DNA from: Candidatus Magasanikiibacteriota bacterium
Lineage (GTDB): Bacteria; Patescibacteriota; Patescibacteriia; Magasanikbacterales; GWA2-37-8
DNA length: 64,000 nt
Assembly (NCBI GenBank): GCA_036744835.1
Contig: DAIOHD010000001.1
Coordinates: forward strand, 82,320-146,319
Direction of reading: 5' to 3'
Part shown: piece by piece, positions 59,715-64,000 of the stretch
How positions within the stretch are numbered: position 1 is the stretch's first letter
How the letters are laid out: every line of letters starts with the position of its first letter
Position numbers and translations under genes: made by a program
Notes under the pieces: model-generated
Told to the model about the DNA's origin: nothing
What the model saw: the letters and a program-made list of their open reading frames with translations, nothing else
Databases searched by the model: none

Positions 59715-62300
59715 ATGGAAAACAAAATAACAATCAAAGGTGCTAGGGAGCACAACCTCAAAAACATTTCTCTAGAGCTTCCGCGCAATAAAATGATCGT
59801 TTTTACAGGACTGTCCGGTTCGGGCAAGTCTAGCTTGGCGTTTGACACTATTTTTGCCGAAGGTCAAAGACGGTATATCGAAAGTTTGTCCGCTTATGCG
59901 CGACAATTTTTGGGTGGGATGCAAAAACCCGATGTTGACGAGATTGAGGGTTTGTCTCCGGCTATTTCTATTGATCAAAAAGCGCACACCGCCAATCCGA
60001 GATCAACTGTCGCGACTATTACAGAAATTTACGATTATTTACGCGTACTCTATGCTCGTATTGGCAAACCTTATTGTCCGCTTTGCGGAACCAAAATTGA
60101 CCGCATGAGCACCGACGAAATCAAAACCCATATTTTGGATAAACTTATTCATATTTTCAAAGACAATAAAAAAGTGATAAAAGAATTGGTGGTTTTGTCA
60201 CCAGTAGTGCGTGGTCGGAAAGGGGAATATTACCAAATGCTTTATGATTTTTATAATTCCGGATTTGCGCAAGTGCGCGCGGACGGGGTTTATAAAGACC
60301 TCAAAGAAACTTTGATTTTATCCAAAAACAAAAAACACACGATTGAAGTGGTGACGGATAGGTTATTTTTAAACAGTGCGGAAAAATTAACGGAAAAAGA
60401 AGAATTACAGAGATTGTCCGAAGCCTTGGAGAGTGCGATTGATTTGAGCAATGGCTTGGTGACCATAGTTTATCCGGATAAAACCGAACAAATTTATTCC
60501 ACCCTTTATTCATGTCCTCATGACGGGTTTTCTTTTCCGGAAATTGAACCGCGCTTATTTAGCTTCAATAGTCCATACGGATATTGCGAGGCATGTACGG
60601 GTTTGGGTACGGAAACTTTGTTTTCAGAAACAGTTTGCCCGAAATGCAACGGTAAGCGTCTAAACAATACCGCTCTTAGTGTAAAAATCGGCGAAAAAAA
60701 TATTTATGAAACTGTTTCTTTGACTATTGCCCAAGCTCGAGAATTTTTTACCGCACTTCCGGAAAAACTTTCACCCAAAGAATTGGAAATTAGTTCTGTG
60801 GTATTGCGAGAAATCAACAATCGTTTGGATTTTATGTTTAACGTTGGCTTACACTATCTGACATTGGAGCGTCGGGCTGGAACATTATCCGGCGGGGAAG
60901 CGCAACGTATCCGTTTGGCGTCTCAAGTCGGCACTAAATTAGTCGGTGCTTTGTATGTATTGGACGAACCTACTATTGGTTTACATCAAAAAGACAACGA
61001 TCAGTTGGTAAAAACTCTACGTCGACTTTGTGATGCGGGGAACACTATTATTGTAGTGGAACACGACGAAGATACTATTTTGGAGAGTGATTGGTTAGTA
61101 GATTTTGGACCGTTGGCCGGGAAACACGGTGGAGAAATAGTGTATTCTGGACCATTACAAAATATGCTTGATAATAAAATTTCAAAAACTAAAGAATTTG
61201 ATTGTAAAATTATCGGCTCCACTCAAAAATCTCTCACTGGTAAATATTTACGTGGCGAAGAAAAAATTTCTATTCCAGCGCATCGTCGCAATGTGGATTC
61301 ATCTGTTGCTAAAATTAAAATTAAAGGTGCTAAATTTCATAATTTGAAAAATATTGACGTGGAAATTCCGCTTCGTCGTTTTGTTTGTTTGACCGGAGTA
61401 TCCGGTTCTGGCAAATCCACGCTGATGCACGATGTTTTGTATAAAAATTTATTTGAAAGATTTAATAAAATCAAAAAAACCGAGCCCAACTGTAAAAGTT
61501 TGACCGGCACGGAATATTTGGAACGTATCATTTCTATTGATCAGGGTGCTATCGGCAGGACTAGTCGTAGTAATCCGGCGACTTACACCAAAGCTTTTGA
61601 TCATATCCGTGAAATTTTTGCCGCTACTCCCGAAGCGCGGATGCGTGGGTATAAAATAGGGAGGTTTAGTTTCAATGTGCCTGGTGGCAGATGTGAACAT
61701 TGTGAAGGTAAAGGAATGTTGGAAATTGAGATGCATTTTTTACCCAGCGTAGAAGTAGTTTGCGATGTCTGTAAAGGTAAACGTTTTACTTCCGAAACTT
61801 TACAAGTTCACTACAAAGGCAAAAATATTGCCGATGTTCTTGGTATGACCGTGGCGGAAGCTGAACAATTTTTTAAAGACATTCCGTTTATCCATGATAA
61901 GTTGAAAATTTTGAATGAAGTTGGTTTGGATTATCTGACACTCGGACAATCTGCCACCACGCTCTCCGGCGGCGAAGCGCAGCGTATCAAATTATCTCGC
62001 GAATTAGCGCGACCTGGTAATACGCGCACACTTTATTTACTGGATGAACCAACTACCGGCTTGCATTATGAAGATGTAAAAAAATTGATGGATGTTTTGC
62101 AGCGATTAGTTTCGGTCGGTAATACAGTGATGGTGATAGAACATAATTTGGAAGTTATCAAATGTGCTGATTGGATAGTAGATCTCGGGCCTGAAGGCGG
62201 AGATAAAGGGGGTAGTGTTGTTGCCAGTGGCACACCCGAGGAAGTAGCACGTAAAGCTGGGAGTTTTACGGGGCAATATTTGAAAAGAATGTTAGATTAA
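59715..62300 (+). CDS. UvrA paralog lacking the insertion domain (UvrA2-like)
   Basis: Start [17 protein letters not shown]. Both ABC modules and zinc fingers are present. Only about 12 aa separate CEACTGLG from CPKCNGKRL, versus about 120 aa in the uvrA at 39102. Confidence 0.85.
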   Translation: MENKITIKGAREHNLKNISLELPRNKMIVFTGLSGSGKSSLAFDTIFAEGQRRYIESLSAYARQFLGGMQKPDVDEIEGLSPAISIDQKAHTANPRSTVATITEIYDYLRVLYARIGKPYCPLCGTKIDRMSTDEIKTHILDKLIHIFKDNKKVIKELVVLSPVVRGRKGEYYQMLYDFYNSGFAQVRADGVYKDLKETLILSKNKKHTIEVVTDRLFLNSAEKLTEKEELQRLSEALESAIDLSNGLVTIVYPDKTEQIYSTLYSCPHDGFSFPEIEPRLFSFNSPYGYCEACTGLGTETLFSETVCPKCNGKRLNNTALSVKIGEKNIYETVSLTIAQAREFFTALPEKLSPKELEISSVVLREINNRLDFMFNVGLHYLTLERRAGTLSGGEAQRIRLASQVGTKLVGALYVLDEPTIGLHQKDNDQLVKTLRRLCDAGNTIIVVEHDEDTILESDWLVDFGPLAGKHGGEIVYSGPLQNMLDNKISKTKEFDCKIIGSTQKSLTGKYLRGEEKISIPAHRRNVDSSVAKIKIKGAKFHNLKNIDVEIPLRRFVCLTGVSGSGKSTLMHDVLYKNLFERFNKIKKTEPNCKSLTGTEYLERIISIDQGAIGRTSRSNPATYTKAFDHIREIFAATPEARMRGYKIGRFSFNVPGGRCEHCEGKGMLEIEMHFLPSVEVVCDVCKGKRFTSETLQVHYKGKNIADVLGMTVAEAEQFFKDIPFIHDKLKILNEVGLDYLTLGQSATTLSGGEAQRIKLSRELARPGNTRTLYLLDEPTTGLHYEDVKKLMDVLQRLVSVGNTVMVIEHNLEVIKCADWIVDLGPEGGDKGGSVVASGTPEEVARKAGSFTGQYLKRMLD

Positions 62301-62333
62301 AAAACCCCGCAGTAAAGCGGGGGATGGGGAGAA

Positions 62334-62600
62334 TTATATTTTTTCCATTCTCCATACGATTTTTCTTCCAGCCCAAGTGACAACTGCTTCCCTGAGCTCA
62401 TCTTTGGTAAGGAAAATTTTGACATTTTCCAAAACCACGGAAGCGTCTTTGAGAAGCTCCTTCAAAGGCTTTTGATTTTTTACTGGCAGCACATCCGCTG
62501 TTATTAGTTGAACTGCAATTTTGGCGAATATTTTTTGCAGCTCATCATTACACGCTAACTCTCTGGCCAATTCTTTGTTTTTGTCTAAAACTGAACTCAT
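62334..62600 (-). CDS. small hypothetical protein, tandem paralog 1
   Basis: Start MSSVLDK at 62600 with RBS AAGGAG and minus-strand promoter TTGACA-17-TATATT (rc of about 62640-62675). Terminator CCCCGCAGTAAAGCGGGGG at about 62304-62326. Confidence 0.45.
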   Translation of the reverse strand: MSSVLDKNKELARELACNDELQKIFAKIAVQLITADVLPVKNQKPLKELLKDASVVLENVKIFLTKDELREAVVTWAGRKIVWRMEKI

Positions 62601-62744
62601 TTTTATCTCCTTTTGGAAAAATTTGTAAAAAGAACAACAATCAAATATAACATATTTTTGGTAAAATGTCAAGGTTTTTCTCTTGAAGTATAAAGGTTAA
62701 TATGGTATTTTAAAATAAAAAAACCGGGCGTAAAGCCCGGAATA

Positions 62745-63017
62745 TCAATGTTCTTTTTTGCTAAGCCAGTTAAACTGGCCACGTCCCCACTTTGTGGTAA
62801 GGGAGATTATTTCTTCATTAGAAAAATTTTCTCCTTTTTCCGTAAAAATTTTTTTGATTTTTTCCACCTGTTCTTCAACAGGGGGTTCAATCATTGATTT
62901 TTCATCAAGATTGTGTTCCCTGCAGGCTCTTTCCATAGCCATATCAAAGTACAGAATGATTACCAGGGTTTTTAAATTTCCATCAGTCAATAAAATTTTT
63001 TCGAATTTTTTTTCCAT
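62745..63017 (-). CDS. small hypothetical protein, tandem paralog 2
   Basis: Start MEKKFEKILL at 63017 with RBS AAGGAGAGG and minus-strand promoter TTGACA-17-TATAAA (rc of about 63060-63090). Terminator CCGGGCGTAAAGCCCGG at about 62723-62739. Confidence 0.45.
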   Translation of the reverse strand: MEKKFEKILLTDGNLKTLVIILYFDMAMERACREHNLDEKSMIEPPVEEQVEKIKKIFTEKGENFSNEEIISLTTKWGRGQFNWLSKKEH

Positions 63018-63082
63018 TTTCCTCTCCTTTTTGCAATTTAATAAAGAGCCATAACAAATATTTATAGCATATTTTAGTAAAA

Positions 63083-64000
63083 ATGTCAATAATTGAAACA
63101 AAATTGAGTCAATTACCGGATAATCCGGGAATCTATCTATTTTATGGCATGAACAATGCCTTGCTTTACGTTGGTAAAGCTACTTCTTTGAAACAGAGAG
63201 TAAGAAGCTATTGGCAAAAACAAAAAAACCCTCGTCCGATTGAAGAGTTGATTTATCAAGTGGTAGATATTGCTTGGGTAGAAACCGAATCGGTTCTGGA
63301 AGCTATCATCATGGAGGCCAATTATATTAAAAAATTTAATCCCAAATATAATGTTTTGGGTAAAGATGATAAAAGCTGGAACTATCTTTATTTGTCCAAA
63401 GATCGTTTTCCGCGATTAGCAACTTTGCGTCAACATGAAATAAATAAAATTGATAAAGGTAAAATAAAAGCGATTTTCGGACCGTACCCGGGACTTAATA
63501 CCAAAGAGGCTATGACGGTTTTGCGCAAAATGTTTTTTTGGTCAGATTGTGAACCGAGCGCAAATAAACCTTGTTTTTATTATCAACTAGATCAATGTTT
63601 AGGAGTGTGTACGGGTAAAATAAGTGCGCTGGATTATGAAAAAAGAGTTATCCGACCGCTGATTTTATTTTTATCCGGCAAGAAAAAGCAAATAATAAAA
63701 GATTTTGAAAAACAAATGTTGATGGCTTCTAAAAAAGAAAATTTTGAAGAAGCTACACGTTTGCGAAATCAACTCTATCAACTCAAAAAAATTCAAGATA
63801 TTACTTTGGTTAATCGTAGTTTTTTTGAAGATGAATTATTTTTGGAAAAAGAAGATGGAAATCATTTCAAACTCAAAGAAAAATATTCGCATATTGAAGG
63901 GTATGATATTTCCAATTTGGGCAGTAGTGACAAAGTAGGAAGTTTGGTATTGTTTCAAAATGGTGAACCGAAAAAAAGCGGATATAAAAAATTCAATATT
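63083..64000 (+). CDS. uvrC: excinuclease ABC subunit C, N-terminal part (GIY-YIG domain onward); runs off the window end
   Basis: MSIIETKLSQLPDNPGIYLFYGMNNALLYVGKATSLKQRVRSYW is the GIY-YIG nuclease signature. Confidence 0.85.
   Translation, partial: MSIIETKLSQLPDNPGIYLFYGMNNALLYVGKATSLKQRVRSYWQKQKNPRPIEELIYQVVDIAWVETESVLEAIIMEANYIKKFNPKYNVLGKDDKSWNYLYLSKDRFPRLATLRQHEINKIDKGKIKAIFGPYPGLNTKEAMTVLRKMFFWSDCEPSANKPCFYYQLDQCLGVCTGKISALDYEKRVIRPLILFLSGKKKQIIKDFEKQMLMASKKENFEEATRLRNQLYQLKKIQDITLVNRSFFEDELFLEKEDGNHFKLKEKYSHIEGYDISNLGSSDKVGSLVLFQNGEPKKSGYKKFNI

Overview
The window reads as an AT-rich (about 35% GC), compact bacterial chromosome segment. By inference it resembles a Candidate Phyla Radiation (Patescibacteria/Parcubacteria-like) genome: many housekeeping genes are interleaved with small lineage-specific ORFs, and the intergenic regions are packed with short palindromic repeats. 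No CRISPR array, reverse transcriptase (DGR), integrase, transposase or recognizable defence genes (toxin-antitoxin, restriction-modification) were seen.

Core genes recognised from conserved motifs:
- gyrA (5' part)
- rpsA
- ftsH
- a PilB/GspE ATPase
- thrS, with a candidate T-box leader
- miaB and miaA
- a polysaccharide locus (undecaprenyl-phosphate sugar phosphotransferase plus three GT4 glycosyltransferases)
- rnpB (RNase P RNA)
- RNase J
- tRNA-Leu(CAG)
- a family-5 solute-binding protein
- secG
- a membrane DsbA next to a Cys-rich exported protein
- uvrA
- rplS, gmk and an RluA-family pseudouridine synthase
- a tRNA with UAU anticodon, plus a 39-nt duplicate of its 3' half
- a PAP2 phosphatase, a nucleotidyltransferase, mltG and queA
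- the secE-nusG-rplK operon
- gyrB, ftsW/rodA and uvrB
- a second, shorter uvrA paralog
- uvrC (5' part)

The most interesting signals:
1. A MITE-like repeat family with terminal inverted repeats GTCATTGCGAG/CTCGCAATGAC. One copy is inserted in-frame inside uvrB.
2. Other intergenic repeat types embedded in-frame in miaA and, probably, miaB.
3. Four dispersed paralogous genes for small (~75 aa) CxxC...H...W...CxxC zinc-ribbon proteins. Each is its own promoter/RBS/terminator unit.
4. Two GC-anomalous hypothetical genes driven by nearly identical TTGACAAAA-17-TGCTATAATA promoters and flanked by GC-rich palindromic repeats.
5. Two tandem paralog pairs of small genes.
6. A tRNA-Ile(UAU)-like gene with an att-like 3'-half duplication.

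All calls are from reading the sequence and from memory of protein motifs. No database searches were run.
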